Shown here in pieces: positions 11,594 through 24,793 of a stretch of 64,000 nt of DNA; within the stretch, counting starts at the first letter, position 1, and every line of letters starts with the position of its first letter. The notes under the pieces are model-generated. The model searched no databases. It was not told the origin of the DNA and worked only from the letters and a program-made list of their open reading frames with translations. The translations under genes were made by a program, and so were the position numbers. Origin of the DNA: Antedon mediterranea (taxonomy: Eukaryota; Animalia; Echinodermata). The DNA lies in the NCBI RefSeq assembly GCF_964355755.1, contig NC_092676.1, positions 16,634,871 through 16,698,870 on the forward strand. The letters are read 5' to 3'.

Positions 11594-14500
11594 CGGTGTG
11601 TGACCGAAACGGCCGCCGACTGAAACGGCTGCCAACATTTTCTATGGGACGCCAATACCGCTGAAGCTTCAACAAGCCAATGCAGTATTATAAACGTACA
11701 GTAAAGCCTATGAAACCACGATGGAGGGACAAATAAATGAAACCAACCATCCAATATATGTTTAAGAATAAAATCAAAGAATAAACTGTTAAACATATTT
11801 TTTAGTTAAGTTTTTATTAAAATAATGTTTTTTAATTTATAATAATTCACCATTCTAAATTTATTTAACGTATTCAAACAAATAGGCCTACTCTTAATAT
11901 CAATTATTGAAGTTGAAATAGGCAAAACAGTCGGCGGCCGTTTTTAATAATAATTAATAATAATATATTTAATGTAATGTAAAATAAAAATAATGATAAT
12001 TAAAAACATCTAGGCCTATTAGTCCAGTCCCTAAGGGGAGAAAAAGGGGTGGGATGTTACCAGACTGGATACAAATTTTTCAGTATAGCAGTTTGGTAGA
12101 GTATAGTGTGGAGATGCCAAAACAAAGTTACTGGAAATCTGATTTGACCTCTGTGACCTCTGACCTCAATTTTTATATTTTTCTATTATATAACTAAAAA
12201 TCGCCATATCTTGACAACGCATGGACATTTTACATTTATTTTTTTTTTCAAAATGCTTGGAAGATATATATTTATATTCGCTATAATGAAAAAAATTGTA
12301 CAAAAATGGCCGCAAAGGCTTTATTTTTCAGTTTGACCTTTGACCTTGATTGCCTAATATCTCAATAACACGCAATCTCAGAGATTTGAGAATGGGCTCA
12401 AAATGTTAAGAAAATAAATCTAATATTTAGTCTAATAGAAACTTTTTTCAAAAAATTACCATAAATTAAGCTTTTTTGACCCTTGACCTCTAATGTTTGA
12501 ATATGTCAATATCTCGGTAACTATTTGTCCTAAAAAGTTCAGTTTGGTGTCAAATTGTTTAGAATATACACATTTATATTTGCTCTAACAAAATATTTTG
12601 TCAGAATTCAATTGGAAATGTCATTTTGAGCTATGACCCATCGTTTTGCATATATTTAGCAATTAATAATCTATAAAAAGAGATCGAGAGAGGGGAGGGG
12701 GTTGGGGTGGATGGAGAGACACATATTTTTGTTACATGTTACACAAATGTTAAACTCTGTCTACACTATAACATTTTTATGCGACAAAAAAATGTGATGT
12801 GCCCATATATGGACACGATGAATGACATATCACTACCATATTTGGGCACATCACACCTTTTTTGTTAAACTAGTTTATAGTGTAGACAAACATGTAAAAA
12901 ATATGTGTCTCTCCATCACCCCAACCACCTCCCCCTCTCTCGCTTTTCCAATGCTACTGCATGCATCTATACACATCAAAATGGCCGGAATTGTACTGGA
13001 AAGTTTTTAGCTACATTTGAAAATAAGTCCCAGAAGATGGGTGTATTGTAATGTTATCAGAATTATGGCAATTGTTTGTAATGGGAAAGTTTTAAAACTA
13101 CATTTGAAATATTTGCTAATAATATCACATGCTATTAAAGATATACTTATTTTCCCCCTGACAAAAGTAATTTTGACAAATATTTTTGTTGAATATGCAA
13201 TTTTAATGTCACACATAATAGTTTCACCAAAAATTGGATTGAAAAAACATGATATAGTGCATACCCAAAAAAACTGTAATTCAAAGCAAAAAATAGGCTG
13301 GAAGTCAATGTGATTTTGGTTAAATTAACTGTTTATTTTGTCTTTAAAGTGATATTTACTCTATTTTTTAGATTAGCTCTTTGATTAAACACCTCTTCCA
13401 ATGCAGTGAAGATCTTAAGTGTTGCCTTGTCTTACTAATCTTTCTTAACTTCTCTTTGAACGATCGTAATCAATATTTGTTGAGGTATAATATTTCCCTC
13501 TAATATATGGTAATGCCTGTTTTATTGAGTCAAATGCTTTCTGATAATCTCTAAATCAAAGATTTGGTGATATTCATTTCCTTTTTATTTTAGTTGATTG
13601 ACAAACTGTATAAGATGGTCCTACTGTATAAAGCCTTATATATTGGTTTATTTACTTCTAGTCGGTCTCTGATTTTGGTTTTTGATTACTTTTGTAAATT
13701 ATTTGTGTACATGTTATAATGTTCGTTTGGTTGGTAATGGTTGATGTCAGTTTTGTCATGTTTTTGTGGATTAAAGTATAATTATTATTGCTTCTCTTAA
13801 TTTCTTCTGGTTTCAAAGATTTTGTTGTATAGTGTTATGAGCTGGATGTGTTATTGCCTCATCAAGCCAAGATGGTAATTTTGACTGCTCACTGGTTTGT
13901 TTTCCTTTTATATTCCACTACAGTATGTTCTTGAAAAGAAATCAGCTTTGTAATTAATTTGTCTTTGATCCTTTTCAGATTTCTAATATTTTAAACATAT
14001 GTTTTTCTTTTCTTCGCTTTTTCCTCACTGTTTCAAACATTTTATTTTTTCAGCATACTTCAAGCAATTAATTGATAATTAGGTCATATGTTTTATGAGT
14101 ATCAAATCGTATTGGTTAATTCTTCTTTTCTTTCTTTAAGATCCTGATTTTCTTTCTTTTTTTAAAATGTTATTTAACTTTTAAGTTTATCTAATTTTTT
14201 GTTGATATTAAGTGTTGCTCTTACGGTGTAGGCCTACCATGCGATGGAATTATATATTGAAATTAAATTAAACATTAAGTTTTAAGAAAATTGTAAAAGG
14301 CTAAATAGGATATTGAATGTAGTTCTGGTCCATTAAATCTATATTTTAGGTATATTATTATAAGTATGACACACGCACGCTTAACAGTATATCCTGGTCA
14401 TACCTCAAACTGGCATTTCCAGTAAAAATATGATAACGTCTTCTATTAGAGCTAATATAAATGTTTACATTTTGAACATTTTGACACCAAGTTGAACTTT

Positions 14501-15186
14501 TTATGACATTTGGTTACAGAGATACAGACATATTTAAACATTAAAGGTCAAAGGTCAGTAAATTACATTTCCTGTGGATTTGGAAGAACATGTTTAATTA
14601 GAGTATATATAAATATGTATGCTCTTAACAATTTGAAACAAATTTCAAGAAATTTTGATCAGTAGTTATTGAGATATAGTAAGCCGAGGTCAAAGGTCAA
14701 AACATTAAGAAATTACATTTCCGGTCGTTTTTTTGGAAAAAGTTCTATTAGAGCGAATATAAATATGTACCCTCTGATCTATTTGACACCAATATCATTT
14801 CAATTGTCAAACCCGTTGCAGAGATATGGCTGTTTAAGATAGAAATATAAAAATTGAGGTCAGAGGTCACAGAGGTCAAATCAGATTTCCAGTAACTTTG
14901 TTTTGGTATCTCCATATCATGTTCTATCAACATTCCAAAGGGCACACTTGTATCCACTATGGTAACATCATTTCCCCTTAGGGACTGGACTATATCTGTT
15001 AATATTTATTAAGTCACATACGTCTAAAGTCATTTCAATCGGAAAAAAAAGTAAAACAATTGTATTAAACCCCACGTCGTTTTGATTAACACGTTGTATG
15101 ACAAACGGCACACGCAGAGTTTCATACATTCAATTGTGTTTTAATTGGCGGCCGTTTCAGTCGGCGGCCGTTTCGGCTGTAAACCC
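11594..15186. mobile_element. Mutator-like non-autonomous element hosting nested insertions
   Basis: Inverted termini CCGAAACGGCCGCCGACTGAAACGGCYGCCAA; 8-9 bp TSD (C)CTAGTAGG on both sides. Confidence 0.65.
12020..14992. mobile_element. Academ-like non-autonomous element with long TIRs
   Basis: TIR TAGTCCAGTCCCTAAGGGGA; inverted homology extends several hundred bp (12117-12180 vs 14844-14906); 3-bp TSD TAT. Contains a palindromic MITE (12685-12942) and a decayed minus-strand LINE RT (DYQKAFD near 13530-13551). Confidence 0.65.
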
Positions 15187-15222
15187 CTAGTAGGCTAGGG
15201 CTCCTAGCTAGAGTCTAGGAGC

Positions 15223-16627
15223 CGGGTGTCACGAAACCTAAGACCACGAAAGCTAAGACCCCCTAAGACCTAAGATCACGAAAGCTAAGACCCAAGACCT
15301 AAGATTACAAATATTTATCTTTCGCACCTGCCTTGTATTTTAACTCCCAACATTTATTCTGAATACCACACCTTAGAATTGGCACTTTCATGAAAAAGAA
15401 TCACATAAAAAGTAACAAATACATTTTTAAATTGATGATTTTACAGACGTTTTTCTCGCACACAAAATGACTAGCCTACTACAGCACACTAGAAGTAGGC
15501 CTACCCCATGTTCAATGTTTTTGTTTCTATGGAACGTCAACAGAGCAAAAATTATATAGAGGGCTGAAAACTCTGTGGAGTCCATCTACAGTGTGGATGG
15601 AACAATGTAAAATTAAAATTGTAATGATAATAGTATAATCATGCAAGTACGAAGAAATAAATACTGGCAAATAAATTTTAACTTAAAAATTAAAAAAGTA
15701 AAAAAATAAAAGTTTTTTTTGTTTCGTTTTCTTTCTGTTTTTATACTTGTACTATTATTGTTGCTCTTTTGGCGCTCCATAGAAACAAAAACATTGAGCA
15801 TGGGGAGCTCGAGGAGTTACATTACAGTATACAAAGAAACACGTCTGTAAAATCAGGATGGGAAAGGATTTATTTATTTGTTATTATGTGTTTCTCCTTC
15901 TGAAAGTACTTATAAGTCCTAATTTAAAGTGTGGTATTCAGGATAAAGTTATAATCAAGCAAGTACGAAGAAATAAATACTGGCAAATAAATTTTAACTT
16001 AAAAATTAAAAAAGTAAAAAAATAAAAGTTTTTTTTGTTTCGTTTTCTTTCTGTTTTTATCACTTGTACTATTATTGTTGCTCTTTTGGCGCTCCATAGA
16101 AACAAAAACATTGAGCATCATATGGGGAGCTCGAGGAGTTACATTACAGTATACAAAGAAACACGTCTGTAAAATCAGGATGGGAAAGGATTTATTTATT
16201 TGTTATTATGTGTTTCTCCTTCTGAAAGTACTTATAAGTCCTAATTTTAAAGTGTGGTATTCAGGATAAAGTTAGTCAACAAATTTGGAGTCAAAATACA
16301 AGAAAGGCAGGTGCGTAAGAAAAACATCCTCTGAACCAACACATTGGAGTAAATATATACCAACAAACAACCCGTCAAGTTTGTTTGTTGTAAAGAAAAA
16401 ATATACATTTACTCAACGGGCGAAAATAATGTGAGTTTATCTATGTTTTGCGGTAGTATTAAATTATATTTATGGTAATAAATGAAACCTACTGTGTTTA
16501 AAATTATGTATGGATAAACAAGTATTGTTTTTAAGCTGTAGTATATCTTAGAATTTGTAATCTTAGGTCTTGGGTCTTAGCTTTCGTGATCTTAGGTCTT
16601 AGGGGGTCTTAGGTTTCGTGACACCTG
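15223..16627. mobile_element. Mutator-like MITE with an internal ~310-bp tandem duplication
   Basis: TIR CRGGTGTCACGAAACCTAAGACC; exact 9-bp TSD TCTAGGAGC (15214-15222 and 16628-16636); 15642-15950 is repeated at 15959-16272. Confidence 0.8.
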
Positions 16628-17968
16628 TCTAGGAGCCCTAGCCTACTAGGCTAGTACTAGACTAGGCCTCTAAACTAAGGCCTACTAGGCCCTAGGCTAG
16701 CCTAGGCGCTAATGCAGTCTCGTACCCACCCCTTAAAATTACTCAAAATCTTCATCCAACCTAGCCTAGCCTACTCACGAGTTGTCTACAACATCCTGCA
16801 ATCATAAAATTGTAAAAATTCGATATTTTTTAAAATGTTTAATCAATTAATACTGAGCACCCTTCAGAAATACATCGCCAGCTTTAGCTTCGCGAAAATC
16901 ATCGCTATAAATATTTCGAAAAAAAGTGGGTCATTTTGAAGTATCATAATAGTTATTAACTTTCACCAAAAATTAGTCGAAAAAAAAATCATTTAACTGA
17001 AATACAGACGTTTTTTTGTTCTAAAAATAATGACTTCCAGTCAAAGTTTTCGATTAAAACATATCTCATAATGCAACGGGCTTGTTTGACTACTCTGTAT
17101 ACATAATCATAAAACTTCCTCGCGATCTGTGTGAAAACACCTTCTCAACCGTAACGAGTTGTAAACGTCCTAATTAGCATCATGCATAAGCATACTCATG
17201 GTTAGAAATCTTTGTTTACCTTCGCTCGCGACGATTTTCCAGAAGAAATGTAATCAAATTAATTCTGTTAATTAGGTAAACTTGATGTTTTTGGCTTGAA
17301 TTTCTGACTTAAAGTGAATAACTTTAATATTACTTCAATGATAATATCCAATTTAAATATAGAATATTTTGACCTTCATTTTTTGTGTTTCAAGGGACAA
17401 TACATCTTTAAGTTTTTAGTAAATTTGATCATTATATGCGGATGGTTGTCCGTTAAAGAGTTCCGAATTTTGAAGTAAATCTAAGTTATTTCTGTTGGTT
17501 ACGCTTCGTGGCACGGCATTATTTGTTTATATTTCGTGAAACAGGCGTGTATTATCCGTATGGCCTAGATAGGTTAGTTTGACAGTATTTTTTATTTAAT
17601 GATGATATGAAGAACCTGACATGATCAAACCAACAGTATTAATGTAATGTAGGGAGTTTGAAATTTGCGACGACCTACTGTAGCTAGGAAAAAGCAATAA
17701 GTTCAGGTCAATCAATGTGTTATCTGTCGTCACCCTCTGAAACCAACAAAACTGTGTCGAGGTTATAAGCAAAGAAGCACATCCCAACTTCCCTGCATGT
17801 GCACAAAGATTTGACATGACCTTAGAGATCATCATCATCGATCATACAGTATTCGAATCAAAAGCTCCCTAAACAGGATTGTGTTGTGTATTACTGTACA
17901 ATTCAATAAACTTATTTATTAATTGATTTTATTGTAAAATATTTAGGAATCTCTAGTTCAGTTTTAAA

Positions 17969-20900
17969 ATGTCACAAGGAGAACTTGAAAAACGATTTTC
18001 ACATTTCCTGCAACCAATCAGAGACTTGACAAAGAACTGGGAAGTGGATGTCGCTGCGGAGCTTAGAGAATATCTTCAAGAGGTATGAACCCTGTTTTGA
18101 ATTAATACCACTAAAGCTTGGTTCCCATTTGGACGCAATGTAACATTGTAACACATTGAGTTGACCAATCATAATGGACAGTTCGAATAATCAATTGTGT
18201 CATTATTGGTCAGATTATTTATTCGGAATAGTCTTGCATTGTTTCCAAGTGGAAGCAAGTATATTGTAACTACAGTATAAGAATCTCAAGAACAAAATAA
18301 TTCCTTTGCATGGTAATATTCTGTGCCAAGGTACAGTAATGTTTGGTTCCTTGATCCATGCTAAAGTAAAAGAACTATTCAGTCATGAGAGAATTTTAGT
18401 CAAAAAGATGTAGCTCTCTGTTGTAGAACTTTCTAATTGGTCAAACCTTTCTACAGTATGTTTATGTCTACAAACTGATCATTTTAAAGACAATTTTCAG
18501 ACTCTTAACACTGGCAGTGCAAACTTCAGAAAGAATGGAATATGACAGTGGCTTGCTCTTTCGATAATTGGTGATTTTATTTTATTGTTACAATAGTATA
18601 TTGCTGAATATATTGGGTTTGCTTAATTTTTCATTCAGATTGAAACAATCAAAATATCTTTTGATGGAGGAGCAACTACAATGAACTTTGCTGAAGCAGC
18701 TTTGTTGATTCAAGGCTCTGCATGTGTATACAGTAAGAAAGTAGAATACCTCTACAGTCTTGTTTACCAGACTTTAGACTTGTTGGCCAATAGACGGTAA
18801 GTGAAACAAATAATAAATGCATACAGAAGGCAAGAGGCTGAATTCATGTTAGGCATAGAATTCCAATTCTAATCAGTTTCACGGTTATTAAAAGAAAGTT
18901 TCATGCTCTACGAATGGAAAACCATCTTGGACATAACTTTAGATGTTACGTTAAGCTTTAAATTAAGATATCATTATATTTTGTACAACCCCGTCAATTT
19001 GACAACAGGACACTGAGCTTGTCTTTCTAAGATAGGAAATTGTTATAGTCATTAGATCTTATGTCTGGCTGCAACAAATACCAACAATACTGTACTATGT
19101 ACATATTCTCTGCATCACAGGGTGTCTGTTAAGGGGCGGGGAACTGATCGTGTCGCAACCACAGATATACCCTTTGATCTCCGGAGATCAACATGCTATT
19201 GTTAGATTCCCTTGGTACAACTAGAAAAAGTTTGATAAATGCTAGTGGATAATGTTGTGTCCAGAATCTTTTGTGCTTATTGTACATTATATATTCTGTA
19301 TGTTTTTTACAATAGTTTCAAATAAAACAAGTTTATGATATTATATTGATGTTTATTTTATAGAAAGCAACAATTACCAAGTTCAATAGACAAAGAAGGC
19401 AATGATAAAGATGTTTCAGTTGCAGGTAGAAATGCTGATCAAGAGGTACAGTACACAACACCTTTTATTTTCAACCTTGAGTTTACCTTGGTGGTATTTG
19501 TGTAAAAGAGGTATTAGACGGAGTGTTTATTAGCTTCTGATTGCAAAAATAGCTGATTATCCAATTGCTATTATAACCAATTTTAGGCAAATTGCCAAGG
19601 ATAACCACAAGTGAACTCAATCAACGTCCTTCTCTCAAAGTTGACTCTCCTGTTCACACTACAAACATATATACAAGATGCTCTACATAAACAAAGACTA
19701 ATTACAAATCTTTGGGAGTGGAGTTGCAAATCGTCATGAGAAAAAACCCTGACATATGACAGGACTTAACCCCGGGACCCTTAGATTGGTAGCCAAGCAT
19801 CATAGCCACCAAGCCACAACTTCACTCAACATACATTGCGTGGCACAAAGTGGTATTTGTCGCAGCAAAACATAAGATCAAAGGAATGTTACAAGTTCCT
19901 ATCTGGAAAGGCGAGCTCAGTGCCATGTTGTTAGATTGCCTTGCTATAACTGCCTTTTTATGCTACAGTATACCAATCTTTAACCAATCCTGCGTCTTAC
20001 TATGGATTACAATGGACTAACTATAGTATTAATCATCCTATTTGACATGAACTCAACATTTAAATTTATAACACACATGAGTAGATTTGATTAGGTCACA
20101 TGATATTCAGTACCTCTTCATGAAAAACTTGCATCATCAATTGTACAATTTTGGTATATGCCCTGTTTTTGAGAATGAGAAACCATGTGCGAAACAAGAC
20201 TACTGTAGGCTGCTGATCGATTGTGTGAAAATCAACATGTAGTGTGCGCCATCTAAATTGTTCTAATCCACATCCAAAATTGGAGAGCTGTCTTCTAAAA
20301 TGGTTTAGACCTTCGTCTAGCTTCTCGTTGAAAGTTGGGTGTGCTAAAAAAGCTCATGAAAGTTTTACATTGTGTAGTGTAGTCGAACAAATAATTTCAT
20401 TTTGTGAAAGATAAAATGTTCCATACAATTATTTGTACCATAATGTGTTATATATTCGTGTAATCGAATAAATAATTTAATTTTGTGGAAGATGAAATTG
20501 AATGTACCACACAATTACTTTGTAGCCTACCATAATGTTTTATATCCGTGTAATCGAACAAATAATTCCATTTTGTGAAAGATGAAATGTTCCATACAAT
20601 TATTTGTACCATTGCATTCATAAACTTCATTATTTGCATATTGCTTGCAATTGACATTAGGAAGTATTTTAGTATAGTTTAATCTATTGACATGTTCTTT
20701 TATTTCAAGTTTCTTCTATTGGATGATATTCAAGATTCTAACAATGTCAATATGAAAACAACTGATCAAAACGACAACGTAAGTGTTTGGAGTATTTATT
20801 AAGAAACAATGTATTTGATTTGATTGTGTTTTACATTTCAAATGACACACAGTACATATAAATGTAATTAGACCTCCAGTTTTATTTACCACAAGTCCTG

Positions 20901-23900
20901 AATTACATTCAATATTTATCATGGTTGACGTTTTCAGTTTGTATTTTCAGTGTTTTTATTTAGCAGTTTTAGTAATAAGATATTGTTTTTTTTATGTATT
21001 TTTAGATGATTCAATTAATGGTACAGACACCAACGTCACTACAGAAATTAGATGATATTGGTAAAGACATACCTCTCCTCAGGTAAGTAGAAAGGCAACC
21101 TGGCCAATTTTGCTCTACTTATGGTGATCTGACGAGAACCGGTGTTTCAATGCAGTATGGCGGTCTTAAGGAATGGGAAATATTATATATTTAAGTTATC
21201 TGATTTATGTCTAATTCCAGCCGTAAAGGAGAAATGTTAGGAAACCATGGTGACTTTCGTTTTAACACCGGCAGCATTCTACCATCCGGACTACTGTTGA
21301 TGGATGTTGCGCAGTTGTCCAACTTAGAAGATGCACTTACAAATGTACCGCAATCTACACCTTTGTTTCTTGCGAACACAAATCTAAATGGTAAGTTAAA
21401 AGATTTTGATTTAGTAATTCGATGAGGCCTACAAGTTGCCCATATCATATCATCACAGAATAGTTTTTGTACTGATTTTTTGTGTATGACATAAATATTA
21501 ATTCTTGCTAAAAACTATTCAATTTAAAATTCCTGTCACAAGTCAATAACCTTTCTAACCGCTCTAACACCAGTCAGCCTGATGTTGCATCCAGGATTGT
21601 ATTTGAAACATTGCCACTAACAATCCTGCTGTCCAGTTGATTTGAATATCTTTTAGTATTTACTTGGATGAATGACAACTTATATTAAAAACGTAAATTC
21701 AAGCTTGAATTTATATTATTTATTTTTAATTACTGATTAATTATCAACATTTATTTTACACTTTTTTTTAAATATTCAGAGTTTGCAGGTGAACCAGTGG
21801 AGGATAATGGGCTGAATATTCCAGAAGCGGGACATTTACCGGAGTCACATGATATAAGTTGTATGTCCCAAACTCGCAACTCGCAAACTACATTCTCGCA
21901 ATATAAAACATTCAAAATAATTTTATTATGAACTACAATTATTAATATGACTAATTTAATTATTAATAGTGAGATGAATATTTCAATATGATATTTCAGT
22001 GTTCAGTACTTAAATATTAGTAAAGTTAATACTATTCATTAAGTTGTAACAGACCTGAGTGTCCTTGCCATTTGATTGGTTGATTATGCATCACATGCCA
22101 TTCAGTATAATGTATTAGTTCTACCTAACTGAAAAATAATATCTAAATGGTTATAATTAACTGTTCAGTTTTCTCTAAATTTTCCTGAATATTATCATTA
22201 TTTTAGGCCTTATGTTAATTTGAAATTGTTGAATCTTACAATTTTCCTTGTTTTGTAATTGCAGTGGATGATGTAGAAATGGGAGATCCAATGGAAAATT
22301 CATTTCATGAACAGGAAGATTTGGTAAATGATAATATGTATCTTTGCATCATTCTGCATAATAGTTCTCTTTGCTTATTCTTAGTCTTTTGTTCCGTATT
22401 ACAGTAATACTTTTTGACAATCATATCTGGTACCACACGGCTCAAAATGTACATGTTCATCATTTCTTCTTATTTTAACATTATATTATTTATTTTTATA
22501 TTTTAACGTACATAACATTCTTGCAATTTGATGTATTTTTCTTTGTAGTTTTATCTTCTTAATTATGCCAAGCAAAATGAGAGAAATAAGTAAAGTAATA
22601 CAATTTCTTGAATCTTAGCAATTTGTTACTCTGAACTGAGATTGTATCTCTGTTATATCAAAGACACAGTCTCAATGAGATGAGCAACAAGTACAGTAAA
22701 TAAAAATATAAGAAAAGAACAAATTACTTTATATTTATATATATGTATGCTTTGTCATGATAATTGTGGTCAAGTTTTATGTGAAATAAAACAGAACAAA
22801 TTAAAAATGCTAAAAAATAAAGCTGAAGATTAAAACTGAGATAAAGTACAGACATTATTTTGAGTTTGTAAAGGTAAAGTAAACCTAAGCTAATGCTAAC
22901 GGCCGTGGTGCCCATCTCTATTTCTTTAGCGGTTGGGCCAGACTCCACTAAGTGTGTATGTTTGTGAGGGGTATGCCACTCCTCCCCCACAAACTGGTCT
23001 GATTTACCTTCCCAGTACTTTTTACATTCCGGTACCCATTTCTATCACCTGGGTGGGGAGGAACAGTGTAGATAAAGAATCTTAATCAAGGACTCAACAC
23101 TGCAGTGACCGGGCCCAAGCTTGAACCGGCAACATTTTGATTGCAAAGTCCAATGCTCTGACCACTGCGCCACATTGTAGAAAGGTGTAATTCTTTGAGT
23201 TCTAAATGGTAAATTATAGATCCATCACCGATGTCTTTAACTTGTTTGTTTCAGGTTGTTTGAAGGAAAAAAAAATGTATTATTATATTAAATTACCCAT
23301 GATACAACAGCTCATAAACTTACATACTGTAATTCATTTAAATCTTCAATTAGAATTGTTTCACTAAAATAGTTGAATTAATAGAATTCTTGTATTTGAA
23401 AATAAATTTGTTGTGGCTAGACTCAATTAAGGTGTTATGTCATAATTGTAAGGGATAATAGACTTGTGTGAGTGGCATGAGTTTGAGTTCTGTTTCATTG
23501 CTTTTGATAGGATAATATAGATCTAGCTACAAGAGTAGGAATTCATCACAACTGATCTTGGTCCCCCAGTACTGGGCCCAATGTGACAACAATCTTTCAG
23601 TATAAGAAATTAATTTTAAAAATATATCTTTTTTTATTCCCAGCTATTTATAATTTTATATAGAAAAGTGAAAAATTAAAATCTAATTTTATTTGCAATA
23701 ATGTACTGTACACTATGGCTAATTATGTAAAAAAAAGAAAATGTTTTTCTACTGTACTACTAATGATTTTTCTTTCTATTTTCCTATTTTAATGCTACTA
23801 ATACTATTGGTTTTCCCTACTCTATTCCTTACTGTTATATTTTTAAAAGATTGTTAATCGTATGCAGCTGAGGACAAGGGAACACCAACCTATCAAAATT

Positions 23901-24762
23901 GTCCCTACAAAGTTTGTTGACCCTTGGCAACTGCAAGATCCACATGATGGAGATGCTGTATTACAGAAATCATTTAGAAAAGGTTGGTTGTATTACCATT
24001 TATTTATTAGTGGCCACACAAAAGATATCTAAGTCATGTGTTATGTAAAGCCTAAAGCTCTGTCTACACTATCAAACTTGTTTGATTTGCCCAAATGTGG
24101 TGTTATGCCCAAATATGGGCACACCACAAAGGATATTTCATAAAGTCCAAATCCATTAGTAGTGACTAAATCTCTGTTTACACTATCAGACTAGTTTGAC
24201 AAAAAAAAGTGTGCCATGCCCAAATATGGTAGTAATATGATGTCATCGTGTCCATTATCACATTTTTTTTTTCACATAAAGTTTGGTAGTGTAGACAGAG
24301 CATTAGTTTCTATACTTTTGGAAGTTAAGATGCATTTTTGTTTGTGAAAATATGTTATGCATGTAAATTTCCTTTTGATCAAAATGTTAATATTGTATTC
24401 AAATTTTGTTATCAACCTGGTGGTGTGAATCCCAAATGAATAATAAATAAATATTAATGTGTGACCTATTTATTGTTACTAGAATTAACTCTGTTTCTAT
24501 TATTTTTCTATTTATAATGCCCTTTAGCCAACCCATACAAAGTACCAGCAAAACTGGAGACAGGGAAAAAAAGAAAACGTAAAAATACACAAGAAAAATG
24601 TCTTCTGCCATTGACTGAGTATATAAGTCAATCATGTAAGTAATGATTATTAATAGGTGTAATATTATATAACGCCTAAATAAATTCCTGTCATTGGATT
24701 AGACGAATGTGGGTCACATGGCGTGCAATAGTATGCACTATTAAACGATTGTATAAAAAAAA

Positions 24763-24793
<31 letters not shown>

